A stretch of DNA of 44,744 nucleotides, filler included, from Streblomastix strix (taxonomy: Eukaryota): the NCBI GenBank assembly GCA_008636045.1. It is 2 parts of 2 records of this genome, joined end to end, with 100 filler letters (N's around TTAATTAATTAA, not from the genome) between each part and the next. Parts side by side here need not be neighbours in the genome. Positions count along the whole stretch, not along the records: positions 1 to 22,334 come from SNRW01000325.1; 1 more part is not named here. One strand, written 5' to 3'. The stretch's first letter is position 1; each line of letters begins with the position of its first letter. The notes under the pieces were generated by a model. That model did not search any database, was not told the origin of the DNA, and saw only the letters and a program-made list of their open reading frames with translations. Positions 1 to 11,844 of the stretch are shown piece by piece. Made by a program: the position numbers and the translations under genes.

Positions 1-735
1 TTCCTGTTAACTAAGAAGATGCGGTACCAAATCGGCAAATCAATAGAATTTTGGAATGAGAAAAGATTGAAGGAAGAATAATTGCTGGTGATGGATAGGA
101 ACAACGCGAAGCTGCAGTTGCACTGCCTTAAATGAAATATATTCTTGCTGGAAACTCAGGCTTGAGTAATCTTATAAGTGAGGAGTTTATTGATAGATTG
201 CAGAAGGCACATAAGGCAGCGAAAGCAATAAGAGTCGTTCAAAATTAACAAAGAATCCAACTTAGGCCAACATTTAATCATTTTGCACAGGTTCCTAGAA
301 ATATTCCAATGATAATAGGTATGGGAATGATTTGCATAACTCGTATGAACGCTGCCTCTTAGATGAACTATATGCCAGCGTACAATTCTAAATAGGTGTA
401 CGGCTATGTAGGCAATTAATAAGGTGTGTACAGATAATAGATAACCCCTTCCATTATTAAAGATAAATAGGAGTCAAGTAATATCTGAACCTAATGAGTT
501 ACGCACCGAATCGAGGATCGAGAATCAGGTACAATGATCATGTTTCCTGTGTGGCTGTAGTACCAGTTGTGCAACCTTAAAATGAGGAGAAGGAGTAGGA
601 GGGGGATCGTGTTGGATGAAATACACTTCATGAAGTTGGGGCCGGAGAACTTGGAAGTTATTCCTGTTAACTAAGAAGATGCGGTACCAAATCGGCAAAT
701 CAATAGAATTTTGGAATGAGAAAAGATTGAAGGAA
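1..735 (+). repeat. Exact 75-bp direct repeat (1-75 = 661-735), consistent with a 660-bp tandem duplication cut by the window edge
   Basis: ttcctgttaactaagaagatgcgg...aaaagattgaaggaa is identical at both positions. Confidence 0.9.
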
Positions 736-2580
736 AGGATGTTGTGATGAAAGGAGCGGATTATGATTGAAAATGTTAGAAGACGAAGAAATTCTTGGAT
801 AGAAATCGAAAAATTGTAGAAATGAAGAGTTCAAGGAAGTTAATTGATATATTAGAGTTGGTATTAGTTCAGGAAATAAAAAATGCATTGTGGAACAAGT
901 GGAAGAAAAAAAGGTTATTCACTGAAATCCGCCATTCATTTGACATAAATCAAATGGTTAGTTCAGGAAAATAATAGATTGTAGGGGAGTTAATAATACT
1001 ACGAATAGGATTCATTTCAAGATGGAGAGTGTCAAGGATATAATGGATTTGCTGGAAGTGGAGGATTGTTCGACTATCTTGGATCTGGAAGGAGCATATC
1101 ATCATATAAGAATGGAACCAGAATTGAGCAGGTATTTCGGCTTCATATTCAGAAACAGGGACTACTTGTGTGGAGGCCTTCCGTTTGGTTACATTCAAAG
1201 TCCTCCGATATTCTGTCGAATTCAGAGAATATCTATCTATTCGATCGGAGAGAAATTTAACATCAGGATTATGATGTACATGGATGATCTGCATTTAATT
1301 GGGAGGAGTAAATAAAAACTGGAGTAAGATACTATACAAGCTTTCGAAATGTTGAAGAAATTGTGTTGGAGAATATCAGAGAGTAAATGCCAAATGAATG
1401 TAAATACAAGCGTCGAATTCCTGGGTTGGATCTGGGAGACATAGAATCTTACTGTGAGAATGCCTGCAAGGAGAAGAAAGGAAATGCAGAAGAAGATAAG
1501 TTGTTGGATCAAATGGATATAATGTAGAAGATCTTTACCGATTCGAGAGATTGCAGCATTACAAGGAGATCTCAATTTCCTACGAGTGCAGATGGAGGAT
1601 ACTTCGCTTCATTTATAATCAATATATAAGATGAAAATAGAGGCATTAAAGATAAAAGGATGGAATGGAAGGTACTATCTGACTGGGAAGATGAGGGAAG
1701 ACCTAACATGGTGGAAGAGGAAGATAAAATAGAACGAAGTTCGATGCTTTAAGAGGGATACTCCAAGACTCTGCTTAACGACGGATGCGTACGAAACAGG
1801 CTGGGGAGAGATGCTGGAGGAAATTCAGAGTCAACTGTAGCAAATCTTTGCATAAGAGACATTGAATAGAACTCTGAATCTCAAATCCTCAAATCAAAGA
1901 GAAATGAGAGCTGTTCTGATGAGTTTGAGACATTTCACTAAGACTATTCAGAAAGAAAACTCTCTCTGCATTCGAAAAAATAACACAGTAACAGAATTTT
2001 GTCAGTGGAAGTGGAAAATAAAAGTGATGATGTTCCCATTATTGAGGAAAGTGAGACGATTTGTAACACAATTAGAAATTAAAATCTAAACGAATAGTAT
2101 TCCTGGAATATAGAATTAAATAACAGATAGCTTGGGTCGAATGGAAATAAGCGGAAACTATTAACTGGATCCACAAATGCTGTAGAAAACGTGCCAAAAA
2201 CTTCAGATCTACCCAAAGATAGATGGCTTCGCGAATCAAATCAACAAGTAACGAAGAAGATATCGTAGCTGATTACAAGATAATAACGCCGCAGAACAGG
2301 AAGTGTTCAATCTGAATTGGCGTAAAGTGTGCTTCTTGTTGCATCCTCCAAATTAAAATAATATTGAGAATTCTTAGGAAAACTCTAGAGGATAAAGCAA
2401 CAGCACTGGTAATACTATCTGGTTAGAAAGGACAAATCTGGAGCGAATTATAGAAGCAATTAACAGTAAGCGAGATGAGACTAAGTAAAGCGTAAATAGT
2501 TCTGAGAGCGGGTCCAGTATTGACTCTGAATCAATTAAAGCTGCCTTCAGGGGAACACCTCGCTGCAAAGATGATAAGCA
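540..2580 (+). pseudogene. DIRS pol (RT - RNase H - Dam-like methyltransferase), disrupted
   Basis: With TAR=Q: FRKIIDCR, ILDLEGAYHHI, GLPFGYIQSP, MYMDDL, VEFLGWIW (RT); TTDAYETGWG and SSNQREMRAV (RNase H); IDGFANQINK...LLHPP (MT). Contains in-frame TGAs and frameshifts. Boundaries approximate. Confidence 0.88.
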
Positions 2581-3559
2581 TGCACTAAGAGAATAACTCT
2601 TTAGAATTATGCTAGGTGCGACAGTATTAGGAGGAGATACTATTGAAATTGTGATTGGATTAATGAGTCTCGAAACTTGGAGAAAGAAGAGAGCAGATAT
2701 TCACATTTTGAATGAATTCTTTGAAGATTAGAAGATATATCTTGATATATTGCGATAAATGAGAGCTGATGTGACCTTGGTAAATGCGCTAACTTGACTG
2801 AGTAATAGGGGTGGGAATAAATACAAACAAGACATGAGAAAGTAGAAAATTCACGGAGTGATTGCGCTTGCTATGTACTCTATTATAGATGATGTAAGCA
2901 AGTCTCCAATCGTTACTTCTGCAGCTAAGAAATTTGAATTTGCGGTTCGGAGTAAATCAAAGTATGCAACTATGTGGGATCTGGATCTATTGTTATCGTT
3001 CATTGCTGCATAACAAGAAGTTAATAAAAAGAATTTATTGGATTTGACAATAGCATTGTTTGTCGCATTCACTGCAGCTCGAATGACAGAATTAACTAGA
3101 ATGCAAATCGGAGGAATTAATATTGATGAGGATAAAATGACAATTAAGATCAAAATAAAGAAAGGAAAGATAGAGATTGAATATAGTGTTGAAGTAAGTA
3201 GATAGAAAAGGAAAATCTGTCCGGTATAGGCATTGATTAACTGGTAGAAGGATGATGAATGTATGAAAGGGAAATAGGACTCTGTCTGGTATGATTAAAT
3301 AAAGAAAAGGAAAATGAGCCCATAAGCATGTAATAAATGTTTGAGGAAGATTACAAATGATGTTGGAATTAATTAGTAATATGGAGGCGCGACAGTGCGT
3401 CACGATATGATTACTAAACTCAGGAAATATGGAGCGATTTAGGAAGAAGTGAATGCTTTCACAAGACACGCACCAGGATCTAATGTTATTGATGTATATT
3501 ATAATAAACCGGTTGGGGGAAACCTGATCAACTTGTTATTATCAGGTGGTTACTTCTGA
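2570..3559 (+). pseudogene. DIRS tyrosine recombinase
   Basis: YATMWDLDLLL, FTAARMTEL (catalytic R), YGGATVRHDMITKLR, FTRHAPGSNVIDVYYNKP (H and Y). One in-frame TGA near 2796. Stop TGA at 3557-3559. Confidence 0.88.
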
Positions 3560-3934
3560 GATTTGAATGGAGTTAATGAAATTATTGGTGGTATATATGG
3601 ATATGTTACAGATAATTAATCATATTAATGTTATTATATGAAATATATGGATATATGTGAATTATTAATATTTATATTTAATTAAATATTAAATTATAAT
3701 AATAAATAAAGCAAAGAATGGGAGATTAAGTGGAGGAAGATATGATGGTGTTATTAAATGAGGATAATCTGGGAAAATATTATTTGAAATATATGGAGAA
3801 ATTTGGATTATTATTAAATTTTATTAATTAGAAATTAATACATATAATTTAAATATATTAATTGGAATACTACATGTAAAACTGTGATATTATTTAATAG
3901 TAAATGAGGTATATTTTTATGTTATTTCAATGAA

Positions 3935-4375
3935 TGTATTCAATAAATGATGTTGTAACTTATAGATCCTCTGGTTCAGGTAGAAACCCAGAGCTTGTGA
4001 CTGGGTTTTGAACTATACCAAGGATCATATAAGTTATAACATCATTTTTGTGATGTAGAAACATATCTGGTTTCTGAAATATATTTTCTGATAATGATAT
4101 AGTTATATTTGTTTATATGATAAGTGCAACATCGAAGAAGCTGAGGCACTACTCCGTTACATCTGGGTTGCAGAAGGCGAGTAAGCTCTCGGCGAGTGCA
4201 AATGAACTTGAGTTGACCCCATTTCATTCAATTTTATTTTATTTTATATTGTTATATTTTAATTCACATCATAACAGTTAATTTCATTATTTCGATTTTC
4301 GAGAGTCTGACCCATTAGTTCGGTCTGTATTCAATAAATGATGTTGTAACTTAGATGATCCTTGGTTTAGTTCAA
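3935..4375 (+). repeat. ICR and 3' terminal repeat of DIRS element A
   Basis: tgtattcaataaatgatgttgtaactta occurs at 3935 and 4326. 4336-4375 is the near-perfect reverse complement of ~4008-4047. 3945-4047 folds as a long imperfect hairpin with an inner aaacccag/ctgggttt stem. Confidence 0.88.
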
Positions 4376-4734
4376 GAAAAATATGATTATAATTATCTCA
4401 AAAAATTCAATTCCATAACCCAAATATTCAAAATGTCCTATTTTGTTAGAATAAAAAATATTTCAACATCTTATCTATTTATTTATTATCACTTAAAATA
4501 AATCCTACAATTTTTACTTTTAAAAATGCAAAAAATATAATATTTTTTAAAAAATCTAAAATTGAATAATATTAAATTAATAAATATATAGAAAGTTTAT
4601 CTTTATGTAAAAATTCTCTCTGGATAAAATAAATAAAAAGAAAACTATTACAATGTTACATAGTAAGGTAAATACAAGTTTAATCTGTATGATTATCACC
4701 TATAGTTTTAATGTTATCATTTGTTAATTCTTAA

Positions 4735-7700
4735 TCAACCAAAACCAAATTCTTCTTCAATCTCATTAACTGCTTCAATTAAATCAAGTTCATTCTCTAT
4801 TAATTCGCATAATCTTTCAATATTATATTTAAGCATTTCATTAAGAATCTATTGAGCATTAAAATCATTAAGTTTAACTATCTTATTATATAGGAACTTT
4901 CCAATATATTACTTTTATTAATTAGCTGGAATTTAAAATAATTTATTTCAATCAAATTTATCAGGAAATGGTTAAGATTAAAGCTATGATGATGTTGGTT
5001 GAAAATAAAAAAGAAGCTGTTGTTGAGAATTATTATTCATTTACTTGTTTAATTATTATTTATTCCTGGTAGGAAATTGGTCAAAAATTGATTATATATT
5101 ACGTGAAGGAATATTATCAAATAAAAATTGTTAATTTAATGAAAATTTATTTTTTGGTCTATATTATTGCATTACTGGAGGTTATGTTTAAATTTTAGAT
5201 TGAATATGTAAATTATTTTGATTTTTGTTTTTTATGATGTCTTTCTGTGAATATTTGTATATATTTTAAATTTCAAATATTATATCTTTTGATTTCAATT
5301 ATACATCACTAAATCTATTATAAATTTAGGAATCAAATTCATAAATTCCTCCTTCTAATTCAATTTATTCTTCTATTACTTTAATAAGTTCAAATTATGG
5401 ATGGAGTAAAGGTTTTAGAAATTCATTTCTACCATTTCTAAGATCATTCATGAATTAAATAATACTTTCTAAAATCAGTTTGATTGTATGTTTATCAGAA
5501 ATCTTATTACCTCCAGCTATTCCTAGATGCTGTGATAGAGCTCCAATATAACATTAATCAGATAAAGCATATTATATTTATTTATCTCCATAATTATATA
5601 AATTTCTAAATAATTATATACAGTTTATTCCAATAATCTCCAATATTTTATTCTTAATTTCATTATTATTTATTAATTAATTATATCGAAGTATATAGAA
5701 TAAAGAATGAAGTTGAATTAGATTAAAAGGAAATTATTAATTCCATGAAATAATTTTTTATAAAGCTGAAATTAATTTATTTAACTATTCAATATATTCA
5801 AATATAATTATTTCTTCTTAATCATCTTTATTATATTCTAATTATTTGTTAAATTTCTTAATCATATCATTAAGTGTAGAAACGTTTCGAGATACAATTC
5901 CTGAGCAAACATACATCATTCCAACTTCAAACTATTAAGCTTTCATAATGAATAAGTAAATTCTTATTAGTTATTGGCTAAGATTAGAGAACCAAATAAC
6001 TTTCTTTCTATTATCATCTATTGAATATTATTTGATTAGTTATTTGATCTTGACAAATAAACCAGTTTCAACAATTTTTTCATAGAAAACTGTTTCTTTT
6101 TATCTACCATATCCAACAAGTTATATATCAGCTCCGCAAGCAACTATTGTCTCAATGATATTTAATAGCATGCATTATGATGGTGTTTAACATGATCCAA
6201 GTCTATATTTAACTACGATTAAAACAGAATTATCAATGTCTGTTATTAATTAATTTTGATTTTTATACTAAAATTATTAATTAATTTTAATTAATTATTC
6301 TGTTTTTTGATTTTCGGAACTTTCATCGGTTGCAAATATATTTTCAATTTGTTGAGCTATTGGAGAAAGTAAGTGATAAGTTAAAGGTATAATTGTTAGT
6401 TTTGGAATAGGCCAAAATTCAAATTCTTTAATTTATTCTAAAAGTCTTTATGATTCATATGCAATTACTTTGTTGCTGGACTTTGTATATGCTCTAATCC
6501 TATCAAATGTTATATCTCTTACTATTTATTCTTTTGTTTCTAATTATCCAAAAGAAAATAAAGCAGATAGTAATATAAGAATTTCTGAATATTTAAATAT
6601 TTGATCTTTATCATTAATGATTTTATTAATTTTCTTTATAAATCCATCTGATATTATTAATTCGTGATTTTATCGACAAAATGCTAGACATCATAATGAT
6701 GTAAATGAATATTTGGGTAATTCTTCAATTATATCTAAGGCATTTTCTTTAAGTTTATTAATTATTTATTATCCAAAATCTATTGGAATTTATTTATCTT
6801 AATATAATTCACCAATCAAACATGCTATCCATCCATTTATTTATTTATCTTTATATTAATCTTAATTATCTATTTTAATTAATCTATTTAATGTTCCACT
6901 TCGTTCTAATTTTTCAAAAATATTTGGATTAATATTTTATTAATATTCACTTGTAATTGTAGAGTGAATTAATGATGTTAAATAAATTAGTTGAATTTTA
7001 AGAATTTCTTCTTATTAACAATCAAGGATTTGATTTAATAATTTTTGTATTTCTTATTAGATAAATGTATTTAATCCTTTTTCTCTTAAAGCATTAAATA
7101 ATTTAAATATTATTTTATAATATAATGAATATATACTTGATAATTGGTGAGTGTTCATTATTTTCAGAATTGTGCTAATTATATCAAGTTATATTGCTTT
7201 TTCACAGTTTTATTAGTTTTCATGTATGAGTTTATTAAGTTTCACAATAGCCATATCTTAATCAAGAATTTTTAGGTTATCAAAATTTTTTAATTTAATT
7301 TTAATTATATCTAAATTCATATTATTATTTATAAATTAACTTTAATATACTTCTTTTTCTTAATTTGATGAACATAGATTTATTTAAAAATACTATTATG
7401 AGGATTATAATATTGATGAGGAAGATGGTTATTCAATTGGTTATATTATTGATGAGGAAGTTGATTATTCAATTGGTTATATTATTGATGAGGAAGTTGA
7501 TTATTCAATTGGTAATATTATTGATGAGGAAGTTGATTATTCAATTGGTTATATTATTGATGAGGAAGATGGTTATTCAATTGGTAATATTATTGATGAG
7601 GAAGTTGATTATTCAATTGGTTATATTATTGATGAGGAAGTTGATTATTCAATTGGTAATATTATTGATGAGGAAGTTGATTATTCAATTGGTTATATTA

Positions 7701-9713
7701 TTGATGAGGAAAATTGAAATTATTATTATTATTATCTATTTTGATTTTTATTATTAATAAAATCTTATTTTGAAATCTATTTTGCAAGCTCCATCATTTC
7801 TGATTCATTCATTTCTTCTTTATCAATAATTTAATTTTCATTAAAATCTGGCTAGAATTTTTCTTCTTCTAATTTAATTTAATTTTTATGTTTTTAATTT
7901 TAATTAAATATAATTTTTTCTTATTATTATTTCATTTGATTATTTTGATTATCAGTAAGAATGAATTATTTAATAACAGATTCTGATACAATGAAAGTTG
8001 GATCTTTATCAAATTCTGTTATTGTTGTATCTCCTTCGTATTCTTTTACAAATGCAACAGATGCAAGTTCTTATTATTCGCGTGAAATATCAGCAATTGC
8101 TTCTGGTGATGTGAAATAAGGATGTAAAAGTGCTTAAGCAGCTGAAATTCTTTTAATTGGGTCAAACTCCAATAACTTTGAAAGAAGATCCCACAAAATA
8201 TTATCAATAATTTCATTTTTCGGCCTTTCTATGCTATTCATTTAATTCATCTTCCTGAAAAACTACCCCATTTAAGTCTTATTTTGTGGATTTGGATAGC
8301 ACATTGGATATTTGTGTGTAATGAGATGATAGATGGTTATACCCAGAGCATACATATCAATTTTTTAGGTTAATATAATTGGAGATTGAAAAGACTCAGG
8401 TCCCTTAAATTAATATAATTTTACATGGTATGTAAATAATTTTATATATTTTAGTCAATTAAATTAATTTTGTTAATTTAATAATTTCAAATTATTTTAA
8501 TTTAAATTTTATATCAAAATACCATGAATGGTAGAGTTCTGTTGAAAATTTATAATTTATTAAAAAAAATGTATTTAATATGAATATAAAAAATAATGAA
8601 ATTTTTATAAAAGGAATTTTTTTTATGAATTTTGATTAAATTAATTATTTTTTCATAATTAATATTTATCTTCAAACCCTTTCAGTTCTTTTTGTTGTTA
8701 TGACAAATCTTCTTTTATAGCAAATCCATAATCTGATAGCTTCACATGAATGCGACCTGACCCAGGTGGATTGTGTAAGAGGATGTTTTCACACTTTATA
8801 TCTCTATTAAATAAATTAAAAATTTATATATTTGTTAATTATACGTTAATTATTTAAATTATTGACTTTTTGAATTGTAACATGTTAAATATTAATTAAT
8901 AATAAGAATAAAATATTTATTTATTTATTAATAAGAAATGTAAAACTATTAAATATTCAAACCTATGTATAAGTCCTGAATTGTGAAACACTCGAATTCC
9001 TTCAACTGAAATAAAAAATATTTCATTAAGAAATAAATGAATTCAAACGGATTTATTTCATAAGTGCTCGGAGTATATATGATGGTAGAGGAATATTTGA
9101 CTGCTTTGCAATAATATCAAGCGACTAAAATAAATAAAAAATAGAAAAAAATGAATTTAAGAAAATATGAACATATACTTTCATATTAGCATATTCCATT
9201 GATAAATAAGGAAATTGGTAATCATCAGAATAATGTTGTATTTTTAAAAGGAAAATATTATTCTTCTCAGCCCTATTTAATATAATATATAAATTATTAA
9301 ATGTGAATTCAATAAAATTCTATACGATATTAATTCTTTATTAGCATCTAATTCTTTTTTATTATATTTAATCCTCTCAAAAATCTTAATAGCAACAATT
9401 TTGTCATCTTCAAAGTCATATGCAAGATAAACTCTATATTGAAATAAATAAAAAAAATTAATTTTTTTTTATGTAATTAATGTATTATGCACCGGCCAAA
9501 CGCTCCTTCTCCTTTATTATAAAATAATTATAAATAAATATTAAAATTATTTAAATAAATACAAAATTTATACCAAGAATGCTTATCGGCTGCAGAGAAA
9601 ATTGTAAAAATGATTTATTTTAAAAAATTTACAATGAAAACATAATTAAATTAAAATATTAATTAATATCATACAATCATTTAATAAAATTTTAGATATT
9701 ATAAGAAATTCAT
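4735..9713 (-). CDS. Intron-containing Ser/Thr protein kinase fused to helical (ARM/HEAT-like) repeats and a C-terminal MLLE/PABC-like domain; two in-frame TGAs
   Basis: GT-AG exons at about 9713-9675, 9589-9574, 9511-9493, 9433-9326, 9272-9179, 9124-9049, 9005-8963, 8803-8678, 8538-8523 and 8403-4735. Spliced, they give LGEGAFGRVY, VAIK, MEYAN, IHRDIKCENILL, KLSDYG, GTLPFMGPE, IDMYALG, DPIKRISAAQALLHPYF. The C-terminus reads QQKQYIGKFLYNKIVKLNDFNAQQILNEMLKYNIERLCELIENELDLIEAVNEI. TGAs at 6691-6693 and 4948-4950. Confidence 0.85.
7411..7710 (-). repeat. Coding 36-bp tandem repeat, about 8 copies (STSSSIIQPIEQ in the kinase frame)
   Basis: Unit gaggaagttgattattcaattggttatattattgat. It is in frame with kinase exon 10. 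The + strand 130-aa ORF over it is a shadow. Confidence 0.92.
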
Positions 9714-10741
9714 CTTTCAAGGCTTAAAATCAGCAGTTGGTCGTTTGTAAACCAAAACAACCAATATATGATTTTAGTAATTATTTTAATTTAAAATGTT
9801 ATATTTCTAATTTAGACTTGTATCAAACTTGATAAAAATGCTTTCATACAGAATAACACCAATATTAAAAATTTTATGCAAAAATTAGAGGAAGTATTGA
9901 TTTGTTATCCCCGTATCTCCTTATCTCACCTCTTTATTGAAATACCATTGTGGCTCCAATACGGTCGGTTCACATACAGGAATCCGACCTATGGGGTGGC
10001 CTATTTGATGCGGCAAAGAATTCAAATAAGAAAACAACAACTTTAAAAAAGTAATAAAAATTACATCCGAGTCCCGGTAAAGAGAGTTCGGCAAAACGAG
10101 ACAAGACAAGAAGAAATTAAAAATATAATAGTCAGAGTGGGAAAAAATTAAATAATAAAAACCCTCTGGGAAAAGAATTTATTAGTGTTAATAAAAAACC
10201 CAGTTAAATATATAATTCTTAGAAAAATTTTAGAAAAAACTAAATTGAAAGTAAAAATTGTTTTGAAAAAACTTCTCTCGTGGGGAAAATAAATAACTAA
10301 GAGTAAAAAACCCCAATAAAATTAATAAATTAATGGTTTAACTGCTCTCATGAGGAAAAGAAATGTAGAATCTCTTAGAAAAACCTCAGGGAATAATGGT
10401 ATAAGTAAAATAATTGTTAAACTGTTAAAATATAAAATTAAATGCGTTGATTCTTCATTGACTGTTTAGTCATTCTTGAGGATTGGTTTAATTTCACTCA
10501 TTCGTCTTATTTCTTCTTCATATTCGTCGATGCAACTCGTTGACAACATTTCTTTATCGATAATTCGTTATATCAAACTTATCACGCTTAGACAGGGTAT
10601 TATCCTTATCTCTGCATTATCATTCCATGCGTTCCAGCCCACAATCAGCATCATTCCGCTTGTTCGATCTATCATTTCTCTAGGGAATTTTCTCTTCATT
10701 TCTATTTCACCTCGGGTTAGGATACATATTTTGGGTGGGCT

Positions 10742-10856
10742 AGAGGTGAGATAAGGTGATACGGGGATAACAAATCATTACCCTGTCTCTAAAGGAGACG
10801 AGGATAATAATTGGTTACCCCCTTCTCTTTTTATCTCACCTCTTTATTGAGATACC
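10742..10856. repeat. Internal complementary region (ICR) of DIRS element B
   Basis: agaggtgagataaggtgatacggggataacaaatca is the reverse complement of 9898-9933. The adjoining ttaccctgtctc...gagatacc is the reverse complement of ~17008-17086. Confidence 0.93.
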
Positions 10857-11844
10857 TAGTTTAACCTTTCATTATCTTGGCGTGGATCATTTGTTAATTA
10901 CCTAGCTATTTCGTTTGCTCTTATTGAGGATGCGAAAAAATATAGTATTGTTGAACAGTGCGTGAGTTTTAGGAGTGATGTGTAAAGGTAGCGAGATCTC
11001 TTTCAGGAATACCTAGCTTTGCAAGTTCTGTTGTTGCTGAGTGTCGTATTGAGTATGCTGATGCTCCTATTATCTTCAGTTCTCTTAACAGTTTTGTGAG
11101 TTGTAGACTAATATCTTTTGCAGTTGTTGGTTTATTAAACCCTTTATGCCACAATAAAAAGTCTGTACCTTTTGGAAATTGTTTCTTTAGTCTGTCAATC
11201 TATTCATATATTGCTAGTTTTGGACTAAGTTTTTCATTGTCAGTTTCATATACTTCATATGTTTCAATTGCATTTGCTTGTTTTGGTGCTAGTCTTAGTG
11301 ATGCTTAGTTCTCTGTTTTATTGACATTTGAGAACTTCAGTCTTATTTCAGCTATTTCGTTTGGTCTGAAGAAGCACATTGACATCAGTAAGGAAGCTAT
11401 TTTAACTTGTAAATCGTAGTTGTTCAAGTATTTGTTTTGTTTTGATTGTCTTCAATGGTTAAATAATATTTGGATGTTCCAAATGTTTTGATATCTTCTA
11501 TGTGGTATTATTGCATTTGGCAATGCCTTGTTGATTAATTTTGAAGTTGTTGAAGATGCTAGGTTCTCTTTATATATTAGAGATAGCATTGTGGTTAAGC
11601 AAGCTTTATGTGATTTGGCTGATGCGACTGAGTTGTTTTGCCTTGTATGGAAAGCAATTACTTCTGTTAATATTACTTCTGCATCTTTCTTCATCATTTC
11701 TTCAATTGTTATCCTTTCTATATCTAACCAATCTTTTAATAATGCTAGGGAGTAAAAATTTCTTTTCACTGTATTAAATCTTTGTCCCTTAAACAGCAAG
11801 TTTACCCCTTCTTCCGAGAATCCTCTCATCTTCATGCATCTCAT
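10775..11844 (-). pseudogene. DIRS tyrosine recombinase (one TGA at 11452-11454, +1 homopolymer shift near 10936)
   Basis: YQNIWNIQILF, CFFRPNEIAEI (R), LAPKQ (K), AYSIRHSATTEL, FTHHSQNSRTVQQYY (H and Y). The ATG overlaps the pol stop. Confidence 0.9.

Larger units (their letters stand above)
1..4375 (+). mobile_element. DIRS1-type tyrosine-recombinase retrotransposon A (5' end outside the window, degenerate)
   Basis: Order is gag C-terminus, RT, RNase H, Dam-like MT, then YR. An ICR at 3935-4047 follows, and the 3' terminus at 4326-4375 is partly a direct and partly an inverted copy of that ICR. Confidence 0.9.

Noticed and set aside
4060..4220. Hammerhead ribozyme
   Set aside because: No CUGANGA...GAAA core with the required stems.
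7411..7710. 36-bp repeats as a CRISPR array, or the + strand 130-aa ORF as a gene
   Set aside because: The units are head-to-tail with no spacers and are in frame within the minus-strand kinase exon.
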